A DNA stretch of 64,000 bases from an uncultured Nioella sp. Its GTDB lineage: Bacteria > Pseudomonadota > Alphaproteobacteria > Rhodobacterales > Rhodobacteraceae. A model generated the notes under the pieces. It did not search any database. It was not told the DNA's origin and worked only from the letters and a program-made list of their open reading frames with translations. The first letter of the stretch is position 1; each line of letters starts with the position of its first letter. This document shows positions 20,749 through 28,410 of the stretch, piece by piece. Made by a program: the position numbers and the translations under genes. The stretch covers positions 151,920 to 215,919 of the forward strand of contig CANLZL010000007.1 in the NCBI GenBank assembly GCA_947495575.1, in the 5' to 3' direction.

Positions 20749-21996
20749 ATGGCCGAAGACCTGTTCAACTCTTTCATGAATGGCCCCGATGAAAAGGGCC
20801 GGTTTGGTGATTTCGGTGGGCGCTTCGTCTCTGAGACGTTGATGCCGCTGATCCTCGAACTGGAAGAACAATACGAACGGGCCAAAACCGATCAGAGTTT
20901 CTGGGATGAGATGAACTATCTCTGGACGCATTATGTCGGCCGCCCCAGTCCGCTTTATTTTGCCGAAGGACTGACCGAACGCCTGGGCGGTGCCAAAGTT
21001 TATATGAAGCGCGATGAGCTGAACCACACCGGCGCGCATAAGATCAACAACGTCCTTGGCCAGATTATTCTGGCCCGTCGTATGGGCAAAACCCGGATCA
21101 TCGCCGAAACCGGCGCAGGTCAGCATGGCGTCGCCACGGCCACCGTCTGTGCAAAATTCGGGCTGAAATGCGTGGTCTACATGGGGGCGCATGACGTTGA
21201 ACGGCAAAAACCCAACGTATTCCGGATGCGTTTGCTGGGTGCCGAAGTCATTCCGGTAACTTCTGGCCGGGGAACGCTGAAAGACGCAATGAACGACGCG
21301 CTGCGCGACTGGGTCACCAATGTGCGCGAGACGTTTTATTGCATCGGGACAGTGGCTGGCCCACACCCATACCCAGCTATGGTGCGTGATTTCCAACAAA
21401 TCATCGGCAAAGAAGCCAAGGCCCAGATGCAAGAGGCCGAAGGCCGCCTGCCTAACACGATTATCGCCGCCATCGGTGGCGGTTCAAACGCGATGGGTCT
21501 GTTCTATCCGTTCCTCGATGACAAATCGGTCGAGATCATTGGCGTTGAGGCCGGCGGCAAAGGCGTGGATGAGAAGATGGAGCATTGCGCATCCCTGACC
21601 GGTGGCCGCCCCGGTGTACTGCATGGCAATCGGACCTATCTGCTGCAAGACGACGATGGCCAGATCCTGGAAGGGTATTCGATTTCGGCTGGTTTGGACT
21701 ATCCCGGCATTGGCCCCGAACACAGCTGGCTGCATGAAATCGGCCGCGCGAAATATGTATCGGTGACCGACAAAGAAGCACTGGCCGCCTTCCAGCTGTC
21801 TTGCGAGACCGAGGGCATTATTCCCGCATTGGAGCCCTGCCACGCGCTGGCCCATGTTGCGAAAATCGCGCCGGACCTTCCCGCAGACCACATCATCTGC
21901 ATGAATATGTGCGGTCGCGGCGACAAGGATATCTTTACCGTCGCCAAGCATCTGGGCTTTGACATGTCGGGCCCAGAGGGCCGACTTGCGGATTGA
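20749..21996 (+). CDS. trpB: tryptophan synthase beta chain
   Basis: I chose the internal ATG at 20749. [28 protein letters not shown] and [12 protein letters not shown] are TrpB hallmarks. Confidence 0.97.
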   Translation: MAEDLFNSFMNGPDEKGRFGDFGGRFVSETLMPLILELEEQYERAKTDQSFWDEMNYLWTHYVGRPSPLYFAEGLTERLGGAKVYMKRDELNHTGAHKINNVLGQIILARRMGKTRIIAETGAGQHGVATATVCAKFGLKCVVYMGAHDVERQKPNVFRMRLLGAEVIPVTSGRGTLKDAMNDALRDWVTNVRETFYCIGTVAGPHPYPAMVRDFQQIIGKEAKAQMQEAEGRLPNTIIAAIGGGSNAMGLFYPFLDDKSVEIIGVEAGGKGVDEKMEHCASLTGGRPGVLHGNRTYLLQDDDGQILEGYSISAGLDYPGIGPEHSWLHEIGRAKYVSVTDKEALAAFQLSCETEGIIPALEPCHALAHVAKIAPDLPADHIICMNMCGRGDKDIFTVAKHLGFDMSGPEGRLAD

Positions 21997-22034
21997 AACA
22001 TCTGCAAATCAACAGATGAGTCTTTAAAGTTTTC

Positions 22035-22065
22035 AGGGCGCTCCAACCGGGCGCCCTTTACATTT
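22035..22065 (+). terminator. rho-independent terminator of trpB
   Basis: AGGGCGC (22035-22041), 9-nt loop, GCGCCCT (22051-22057), followed by TTACATTT. Confidence 0.6.
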
Positions 22066-22122
22066 ATTGCGCAGGTACGCAATTTTGTTGCGCGATCGCA
22101 ACGGTGTATTTGTTACACAAAT
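22066..22122. repeat. three tandem short inverted repeats
   Basis: ATTGCG-N6-CGCAAT (22066-22083), GTTGCG-N4-CGCAAC (22087-22102) and ATTTGT-N3-ACAAAT (22108-22122). All were read directly; the first two share the TTGCG/CGCAA arms. Confidence 0.8.
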
Positions 22123-22301
22123 GAAATAATGGACTGACTCAGGCCCACTCGCTTATCAACCGCCCTCACCAGCCAACGGGCTTGGGTCTTTTCAGATGAG
22201 GGTGATCACCTCACTGGTGCGGGCGGCTCTGCCGACTTCCCGTATGCCAAGGCGCAGGAACCTGGCTTAGGTGTCCAGCGGGCCAAATCCGCCCGTACAT
22301 T

Positions 22302-22377
22302 GGAAGCATAGCTCATCGGGTAGAGCAGCAGACCGTTAATCTGTGGGTAGGGGGTTCGAATCCCTCTGTTTCATCCA
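22302..22377 (+). tRNA. tRNA-like gene, anticodon GUU (Asn) by hand fold, with atypical positions
   Basis: 76-nt cloverleaf: acceptor GGAAGCA/TGTTTCA, D arm GCTC-ATCGGGTA-GAGC, anticodon arm GCAGA-CCGTTAA-TCTGT, variable loop GGGTA, T arm GGGGG-TTCGAAT-CCCTC, discriminator T, encoded CCA. Anomalies are a G1-A72 mismatch, C at position 33 and U73. A small hairpin CGCCC-GTCA-GGGCG follows it. Confidence 0.6.
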
Positions 22378-22805
22378 AACGCCCGTCAGGGGCGCTGACC
22401 TTCACGTCAGTCCACGAGAGTGGTCACAATATTTGGTTCCGGGGTCGCCCTATGTGCAAGTGACCCTTCCTTCTGCGACAACGCCCGTTCGGGCCGCGGT
22501 GCAGGGGTGGGCCTCTTGCGCTCTGGTCTTTGGCCGGGGTCGCGGGATGACCAGTTGAATGCCGCCGCCCAGACGGGTCTTGGATTTCGATCCGCCCTCC
22601 GTCCCGGCCCGGCTATTGCTGGCCCTCTCCCGACGGCCTCCGCCTTGGGGCATGGCAACGGAGCGGCCTCGGGCCTTTCCTATTTCGCGTTTGGGCAATC
22701 CCGCCCCTGCGCCACACCTGTCGCGGAATCCTCTGCGCAACCCAAACCAAAGAAGGAGATCGCGTTTTGCGACGACGACATTGATACGAGAAAAGGAGAA
22801 TTGAG

Positions 22806-23939
22806 ATGTCGATTTTGAAAACTATACTTGACCGTCAACGGGTTATCGTTCCTTTGAACGCCCGAGTAATGGTCATCTGCAAGGGCCGTATCCACGCGCT
22901 TTTGGGGCCGGGGGAACATATGATCCCGCGGAAAGACACCGAGCTTACCCGGTTCGACATCGCCAATTCCCGTATCATGTCGCCTTTGGTAGATGCGTTG
23001 ATGCGTGACGCGCCAGAGATGGCAGGGGATGAGATCACCGAAGTTCGGACCGGTGCCGACGAAGTGGCCATTGTGGTTCGCGATGCGCGTGCCCATGATG
23101 TGGTTACTCCGGACACCCGGGCGCTTTTCTGGACTGAGGCCGGTCCCTGGACGGTCGAGCGCGTTTCGATCGGTTCGGATCACGGCGTTGATCCGGCTTT
23201 GGCGCAACGGTTGATGCGGTCGGCTTTGACCCGGACCCTTGCTGCGCATGAAGTGCCGGAAGGGAAGGTTGGTCTTTTGTTCACCGACGGTGTGCAAACC
23301 CGGCTTTTAACCTCTGGAACGCATTGGTTCTGGACCCTTGGTCGGAAACACTTGGTGAAGCTTGTGGATACCCGCTGGCAAACCAAGGAGGTGACCGGTC
23401 AGGAAATCTTGACCAAAGACCGCGTGACCTTGCGGGTGAACATCTCGGCCGACTTTCGGGTTATTGACCCGGTTTTGGCTGTGACCGCCGTGCGAGATCA
23501 CGAAGAAGCGTTGCACCGGGCGTTGCAATTGGCGTTCCGGAAGACTTTAGGCGCTTTGACGCTTGATCGGTTGTTGGCCGAGAAAGTGACGGTGGATGCC
23601 GAGGCCGCCGACGTGGTGCGCCGCGACATGGCCAAGATCGGCCTCGAATTGGGTGACATCGCGTTGAAAGACGTGATCTTGCCCGGCGAGATGCGCGAGA
23701 TCTTGAACCAGGTTGTGGCTGTCCAAAAAGAGGCAGAGGCCAACGTGATCCGCCGGCGTGAAGAAACCAACGCGACCCGGTCGCTGTTGAACACTGCAAA
23801 AGTCATGTCGGAAAACCCCGTCATGTTGCGGTTGAAAGAGTTGGAGGCGTTGGAAACTATCGCCGGTAAAGTCGATCAGTTGACGGTCCATAACGGGACC
23901 GAAGGCTTGATGTCTGACCTCGTGCGTTTGCGCGACTAA
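22806..23939 (+). CDS. SPFH/band-7 (slipin-like) domain protein without a recognisable TM anchor
   Basis: 377 aa with AAAGGAGAA 5 nt upstream of the ATG. The C-terminal two thirds match the SPFH pattern (ILTKDRVTLRVNISADFRVIDPV...LGDIALKDVILPGEMREILNQVVAVQKEAEANVIRRREE). The N-terminal about 170 aa are an extra soluble region. Confidence 0.85.
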   Translation: MSILKTILDRQRVIVPLNARVMVICKGRIHALLGPGEHMIPRKDTELTRFDIANSRIMSPLVDALMRDAPEMAGDEITEVRTGADEVAIVVRDARAHDVVTPDTRALFWTEAGPWTVERVSIGSDHGVDPALAQRLMRSALTRTLAAHEVPEGKVGLLFTDGVQTRLLTSGTHWFWTLGRKHLVKLVDTRWQTKEVTGQEILTKDRVTLRVNISADFRVIDPVLAVTAVRDHEEALHRALQLAFRKTLGALTLDRLLAEKVTVDAEAADVVRRDMAKIGLELGDIALKDVILPGEMREILNQVVAVQKEAEANVIRRREETNATRSLLNTAKVMSENPVMLRLKELEALETIAGKVDQLTVHNGTEGLMSDLVRLRD

Positions 23940-23976
23940 TCTGGGCCCGTCCGTACATATTCGGGCGGGCCTATCC

Positions 23977-23996
23977 CCATAAACCTCAGTTTATGG
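23977..23996. repeat. perfect 8-bp inverted repeat CCATAAAC-CTCA-GTTTATGG
   Basis: Read directly. It lies 137 nt upstream of the first PepSY-like gene. Confidence 0.8.
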
Positions 23997-24132
23997 ACAT
24001 ATTACAGGGGCTTAGGCAGGGTCAATTAAACCCGACGCCAATAGAGAAACTGCCCCACACCCGTCATCTCATCCTCACCCAGCCCGATCATCACTCACGG
24101 ACTGTTCGGGCTCAACTCAGGAGATGACTGTT

Positions 24133-24411
24133 ATGCAAAACCTTAAAATTTCTGCCCTTGTTCTACTGATGTCTTCAACGGCGCTGGTCGCAGGGCCGGT
24201 CGAAGACATGATCGCGGAACTGGAAGCCATGGGATATACCGATATCGAATCTGAGGCTGAAGGCGACCTGGTGGAGATCGAGGCCGAAGGCCCCGACGGC
24301 GAACGCGAGATCCTGATCAACCCGGTCACGGGCGAAATTCTGTCCGATGACGTCGAGACAGATGATGACGAAGATGACGACGATGAAGATGAGGATGACG
24401 ACGATAGCTGA
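24133..24411 (+). CDS. secreted PepSY-like small protein with a poly-Asp/Glu tail
   Basis: I chose the ATG at 24133, 8 nt after AGGAGA. Signal peptide MQNLKISALVLLMSSTALVAG, core MGYTDIESEAEGDLVEIEAEGPDGEREILINPVTGEIL, tail ETDDDEDDDDEDEDDDDS. Confidence 0.7.
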   Translation: MQNLKISALVLLMSSTALVAGPVEDMIAELEAMGYTDIESEAEGDLVEIEAEGPDGEREILINPVTGEILSDDVETDDDEDDDDEDEDDDDS

Positions 24412-24477
24412 GCCCGGATTGGGCCAACAGGTCCCGCCACGAACTAGCGGGACCATCCCCTTGCAGGAGGCACCGCT

Positions 24478-24774
24478 ATGCGCGGATTAGTCATTGTTTT
24501 TGCACTGTTCTTTGCTTCCCCCGCATTTGCGGACGGGGCCGCGGCCGCGCGGCTTTGGGTGCAGGTTTTGGAAAGCGAAGGCTATAGTGATATCGAGATC
24601 GAGCGGACTTGGCTGGGCCGATACCGCATTGAAGGGGAACGGGACGGGATCGAGCGCGAGATCGTTCTGGATCGAAGCACCGGCGAAGTGTTACGCGATG
24701 TATCCCGTGCCGAAGATGGCGAGTTTCATCACCCCTTTGAAGACCTTTTTGACGGGCCGGATGATGATGATTGA
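24478..24774 (+). CDS. second secreted PepSY-like small protein with an acidic tail
   Basis: GCAGGAGG upstream. Signal peptide MRGLVIVFALFFASPAFA, core EGYSDIEIERTWLGRYRIEGERDGIEREIVLDRSTGEVL, tail GPDDDD. Confidence 0.7.
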   Translation: MRGLVIVFALFFASPAFADGAAAARLWVQVLESEGYSDIEIERTWLGRYRIEGERDGIEREIVLDRSTGEVLRDVSRAEDGEFHHPFEDLFDGPDDDD

Positions 24775-24789
24775 TCTGGGGGTCGCGCA

Positions 24790-25272
24790 ATGACCTGGGC
24801 CGTACGGGGATTGGTCGCGTTTCAGGCAGCCTGCGCGCTGGTATTCCTTTGGGATCTTGCTGCAAGTATTCTGGGCCTGCGCAACGCGCCGGTTTCGTGG
24901 CAGACACGTGAACTTATTGAAATTGCAGCGGCCTTTGGCCTCTTGGCTGGCTTGGGTCTGGGCACGCAGGCTTTGATCCGCGCCAATGCGCGCCAAAAAC
25001 TGGCTGAGGAACGCCTGCGCGCTGCATCGGGTGAGTTTATGGCGCTGGTACATGAAAGGTTTTCGGAATGGGGCCTGACCCCAGCCGAATGCGATGTTGC
25101 TCTTTTTGCCTTGAAAGGCATGAGCCTGGCAGAAATCGCAGGGCTCAGAGAAACCTCCGAAGGCACGGTCAAGGCGCAGACAAACGCTATCTATCGCAAA
25201 GCAGGAGTAAGTGGGCGCCCGCAATTGCTGAGCCTGTTCATTGACGATCTATTGGCGGTCGTTCCGGATTGA
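24790..25272 (+). CDS. membrane-anchored LuxR/GerE-type HTH transcriptional regulator
   Basis: Two N-terminal hydrophobic segments (GLVAFQAACALVFLWDLAASILGL; IEIAAAFGLLAGLGLGTQALI). These are followed by LTPAECDVALFALKGMSLAEIAGLRETSEGTVKAQTNAIYRKAGV, which is a LuxR-type HTH. No receiver or autoinducer-binding domain is present. It starts 16 nt after the PepSY-2 stop. Confidence 0.8.
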   Translation: MTWAVRGLVAFQAACALVFLWDLAASILGLRNAPVSWQTRELIEIAAAFGLLAGLGLGTQALIRANARQKLAEERLRAASGEFMALVHERFSEWGLTPAECDVALFALKGMSLAEIAGLRETSEGTVKAQTNAIYRKAGVSGRPQLLSLFIDDLLAVVPD

Positions 25273-25281
25273 GTGGAACGG

Positions 25282-26154
25282 TCAAAGTTCGGCTTTCGAC
25301 AGCAACCAGCCGCGAACCGCTTGAATGGCCGGATCTGATCGTGATCGGCGTTCAGACAGCAGGTAGAAGTCTTGTGTTCCGGTAAGGGTGTGATCCGTCA
25401 CCTGAACCAAGTCGCCACGTTGTAAGTCACGTTCAACCAAAAACCGGCTAACGAGGGCGACACCCTGCCCAGCCAAGGCGGCGTCGACTGCCAGCGCGGT
25501 TTGACTAAGGCGCAAGCCGTGCCCGTCGGTGTTGGGCATTCCGATTTGACGCAAAAATTCTGGCCAAAGATCGTGTGCGTCAAATATGCGAGGCAGTGCC
25601 GTCAGGTCAGGTTTCTGTTCGCCCAAGGTGTGACGTTGCAAGAGGGCCGGTGATGCCACTGCTATTACTTCTTGTCGAAATAGCTGATCTGCTGTCAACG
25701 CGGCGCCGAATGGTGGCGTTCCTTGTCGGATCGCAAGGTCAATCCCGTCGCGATGAAAACTACTGAGCGCCTCTGTGGCCAGTATGCGAAGGTCGATCTT
25801 TGGGTGTTGAGCAGAGAAGCTCGGCAAATTGGGGATTAGCCACTTGGCCGCAAAGGTCGGTGTTACGCTGACCAGCACTTTACCCGGTTCCGGCTTCAGC
25901 ATGTCGGTTGCGGATTTGAGCTCGGCAAAGGCGGCACTGATGCGTGCATGATAGCTGCGCCCCTCGGCTGTAAACAACAGGCCTTTGGGCTGCCGCCGAA
26001 AGAGCTGAACCCCCAAATCCGACTCGAGCTGGCGAATATGCTGTGCAACGGCCCCTTGGGTCACGCCCATCGCATCGGCTGCGGCCCGGAAATTCAGGAA
26101 CCGCCCAGCATGATCGAAAGCGTGAAGGGCGTTGAGAGAAGGTAAGGTGCTCAT
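25282..26154 (-). CDS. LysR-family transcriptional regulator
   Basis: I chose the internal ATG at 26154. The N-terminal HTH is LPSLNALHAFDHAGRFLNFRAAADAMGVTQGAVAQHIRQLE. Confidence 0.9.
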   Translation of the reverse strand: MSTLPSLNALHAFDHAGRFLNFRAAADAMGVTQGAVAQHIRQLESDLGVQLFRRQPKGLLFTAEGRSYHARISAAFAELKSATDMLKPEPGKVLVSVTPTFAAKWLIPNLPSFSAQHPKIDLRILATEALSSFHRDGIDLAIRQGTPPFGAALTADQLFRQEVIAVASPALLQRHTLGEQKPDLTALPRIFDAHDLWPEFLRQIGMPNTDGHGLRLSQTALAVDAALAGQGVALVSRFLVERDLQRGDLVQVTDHTLTGTQDFYLLSERRSRSDPAIQAVRGWLLSKAEL

Positions 26155-26162
26155 TTTGACAG

Positions 26163-26196
26163 TAGTAATTCTACTATCAGAGCAGGTCAATTCTAC
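26163..26196. promoter_or_regulatory. candidate LysR operator in the divergent LysR/SDR intergenic region
   Basis: Inverted repeat TAGTA-ATTC-TACTA (26163-26176), plus a second copy of AATTCTAC (26167-26174 and 26189-26196). Confidence 0.4.
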
Positions 26197-26252
26197 AGCG
26201 AACCCTTGTGCAAAAGCGCATATGATAAATGCGAAAGATATGGAGTCTCGAA

Positions 26253-26957
26253 ATGTCTGTAGAAAAAGTAGCACTAATTACAGCCGGCGGTAGCGGCATG
26301 GGTGCCGATGCAGCGCGCCAATTGGCCAAAGATGGCTTTCGCGTTGGTGTGCTTTCGTCTTCGGGGAAAGGCGAAGCTTTGGGTAACGAGCTTGGCGGTT
26401 TCGGCGTGACCGGGTCAAACCTGTCCGGTGATGCTTTGCAACAACTGGTCGATGGCGCAATGGAGCGATGGGGCCGAGTTGACGTGCTGGTCAATTCCGC
26501 AGGGCATGGACCAAAGGGTCCGATCCTCGAAATGTCGGATGATGATTGGCACCAGGGCATGGAGGTTTATCTGATGAACGTGATCCGTCCAACGCGGATG
26601 ATCACACCAATTATGCAAGCGCAAAGTGGCGGGAGCATTATCAACATCTCGACCTTTGCGGCGTTTGAACCCGATCCGCTGTTTCCAACATCTGGAGTGT
26701 TCCGTGCAGGGCTGGCCAGCTTTGCCAAGCTATTTGCCGATAAATACGCCAGCGACAATATTCGTATGAACAACCTGCTGCCGGGGTTCATCGACAGCTT
26801 GCCAGAGACCGAGGACCGCCGGGCGCGCATCCCAATGGGACGATATGGGCGGGCTGAAGAAGTCTCATCGCTCGTATCGTGGTTGGCCTCAAAGGGCGGC
26901 GGTTATGTGACCGGGCAAAACCTGCGCATTGATGGTGGGCTGACACGTGCAGTCTGA
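26253..26957 (+). CDS. SDR-family oxidoreductase
   Basis: I chose the ATG at 26253, after GGAG. Cofactor motif TAGGSGMGADAARQLAKDG, NSAG, and the C-terminal GQNLRIDGG. Confidence 0.9.
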   Translation: MSVEKVALITAGGSGMGADAARQLAKDGFRVGVLSSSGKGEALGNELGGFGVTGSNLSGDALQQLVDGAMERWGRVDVLVNSAGHGPKGPILEMSDDDWHQGMEVYLMNVIRPTRMITPIMQAQSGGSIINISTFAAFEPDPLFPTSGVFRAGLASFAKLFADKYASDNIRMNNLLPGFIDSLPETEDRRARIPMGRYGRAEEVSSLVSWLASKGGGYVTGQNLRIDGGLTRAV

Positions 26958-27198
26958 CCTCATTGCATGGCCGGGGTCGCGCGACCAAATGGTGTTCGGG
27001 ATCAAATGGGCGGCGTCGATTGTGCAGATATTGGGATATACTGCAACGGGATTTGGTTGGACGCCGTGGAACCTGTATCTCTTTGTTATTGGCGTGCTGG
27101 GATGGCTGACCGTGGGGGTCTTTTGGAAAGACCGTGCGATCATCTTGATCCATGCCGTGGCTATGGCGGCTATGCTTCTTGGGGCAACGGCGTCCTGA
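26947..27198 (+). CDS. small hydrophobic protein, unknown function
   Basis: 83-aa ORF (GTG at 26947; alternative ATG at 26989) with 2-3 hydrophobic segments. It overlaps the SDR stop by 11 nt. Confidence 0.45.
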   Translation: MQSDLIAWPGSRDQMVFGIKWAASIVQILGYTATGFGWTPWNLYLFVIGVLGWLTVGVFWKDRAIILIHAVAMAAMLLGATAS

Positions 27199-27200
27199 CC

Positions 27201-27587
27201 CTACTGATCTGGCGCGTCCACGGCGTGCCGGATCAAAGCTTGCAAAGGCACGATATCGAGCGCGCGAAAGTGCGTGCTGGCCAGACGTATCTTTGGCGCG
27301 CAATCTTCTTGTTGGGCCTGCAGGAAACGGCTGGCACAAAGGCACCATTGGTCGCCGGGTTTCAATCCGGCAAACCCAAATTCAGGGCGCGGCGTGCTGA
27401 GGTCATTTCCAAGGTACTTTGAGAAGGCCAGAAATTCGGCGGTCACAATCGCGCAGACGGTGTGGCTGCCCCGATCCTCTGAGCAGGTGTTGCAATGACC
27501 ATCGCGGAAATACCCGGTAACGGGGTCATTAGAGCACGCCGCGAGAGCGTCGCCCATCACGTTCAGAGAGGGGTCTTTTGTCGGCAT
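27201..27587 (-). CDS. DUF2237-family protein
   Basis: I chose the internal ATG at 27587. GYFRDGHCNTCSEDRGSHTVCAIVTAEFLAFSKYLGNDLSTPRPEFGFAGLKPGDQWCLCASRF matches my memory of the DUF2237 pattern. Confidence 0.8.
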   Translation of the reverse strand: MPTKDPSLNVMGDALAACSNDPVTGYFRDGHCNTCSEDRGSHTVCAIVTAEFLAFSKYLGNDLSTPRPEFGFAGLKPGDQWCLCASRFLQAQQEDCAPKIRLASTHFRALDIVPLQALIRHAVDAPDQ

Positions 27588-27625
27588 CGAGATCACCTTT
27601 GTGACGGCGCAGTCTGCGCGCAATA

Positions 27626-28315
27626 CTATTTAAAGCGGTCGACAAGCTTTTGTAGGGGCGTCCGGTCATCTGGTGCGGGCTCGGGTGCCACATGGTCCTT
27701 GCGGGCCGCAGCTTTGGTTGTCTGCTGCTTGGATTTTTCCGGCCGCTGTGGCCCCCGGCGCAAAGCAACAGCATTCATAAACTTGCCGCTGTCGCCTGCT
27801 GCCAAATGCGGCGCCCCATCCGAGATGCCGCGCATCAGGTCATCCAGCCAATCGGCCTCGGCCTTGGCGAAGTCCGACAAGACATAGCCCGAAACGCGAT
27901 CCTTGTGGCCGGGATGGCCGATGCCAAGCCGGACGCGGGCATAGTCAGCGCCGATATGGGCGTGCATCGATCGCAGGCCGTTATGGCCCGCATGTCCGCC
28001 GCCTTGTTTGACGCGCAATTTTCCGGGGGCAAGGTCAAGCTCATCGTGAAAGACGGTCACATCGGCCGGGGTGAGTTTGTAAAAACGCATAGCCTCGCCC
28101 ACCGATTGGCCAGAGAGGTTCATGAAGGTTTCCGGTTTCAACAGCAGAACTTTGTCCGAGCCGAAACGGCCTTCTGTCAGACTGCCCTGAAACTTGCCCC
28201 GCCATGGGGCGAAGCCATGATCCTCGGCCACGCGATCAAGCGCCATAAACCCGATGTTATGACGGTTGCCGGCGTATTTTGCGCCGGGATTTCCGAGACC
28301 TACCCAAAGTTGCAT
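27626..28315 (-). CDS. pth: peptidyl-tRNA hydrolase
   Basis: I chose the internal ATG at 28315. [27 protein letters not shown] and HAGHNGLRS are Pth motifs. It has a basic C-terminal extension, as in many alphaproteobacteria. Confidence 0.93.
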   Translation of the reverse strand: MQLWVGLGNPGAKYAGNRHNIGFMALDRVAEDHGFAPWRGKFQGSLTEGRFGSDKVLLLKPETFMNLSGQSVGEAMRFYKLTPADVTVFHDELDLAPGKLRVKQGGGHAGHNGLRSMHAHIGADYARVRLGIGHPGHKDRVSGYVLSDFAKAEADWLDDLMRGISDGAPHLAAGDSGKFMNAVALRRGPQRPEKSKQQTTKAAARKDHVAPEPAPDDRTPLQKLVDRFK

Positions 28316-28410
28316 ATCGTGGGGTCTTTCATGAACGTCATTGCCAAAACCTATTCCTTTCCGTCCTATAGTCGTCGAAGGCTTCGGGATCAATCAAGGC
28401 AGGGCACAAC

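Noticed and set aside
20623-21432. 269-aa minus-strand ORF antisense to trpB. The same reasoning applies to 10737-11321 (antisense to trmB), 12260-13088 (aroA), 27692-28432 (pth) and 29740-30444 (rplY).
   Set aside because: Each overlaps a housekeeping gene with clear family motifs on the other strand, and none shows motifs of its own.
22125-22800. Two-piece (permuted) alphaproteobacterial tmRNA hypothesis for the T-arm/CCA element and flanks
   Set aside because: The element has a full anticodon arm. Its acceptor stem lacks the G3-U70 alanine identity pair and its discriminator is U, not A. No tag-like reading frame ending in a hydrophobic-Ala-Ala motif was found nearby.
22343-22818. Several overlapping ORFs (71-132 aa, both strands) downstream of the tRNA-like gene
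   Set aside because: ORFs are open in multiple frames on both strands. They are Pro/Arg/Gly/Ala-rich with no Shine-Dalgarno or motifs, and one starts inside the tRNA-like gene. I treated the stretch as non-coding. I also looked for a decayed trpA and found none.
24117-24440. 107-aa minus-strand ORF containing a poly-Ser run
   Set aside because: The Ser run is simply the reverse complement of the (GAY)n tract encoding the acidic tail of the PepSY-like protein. The plus-strand gene has a signal peptide and a strong Shine-Dalgarno.
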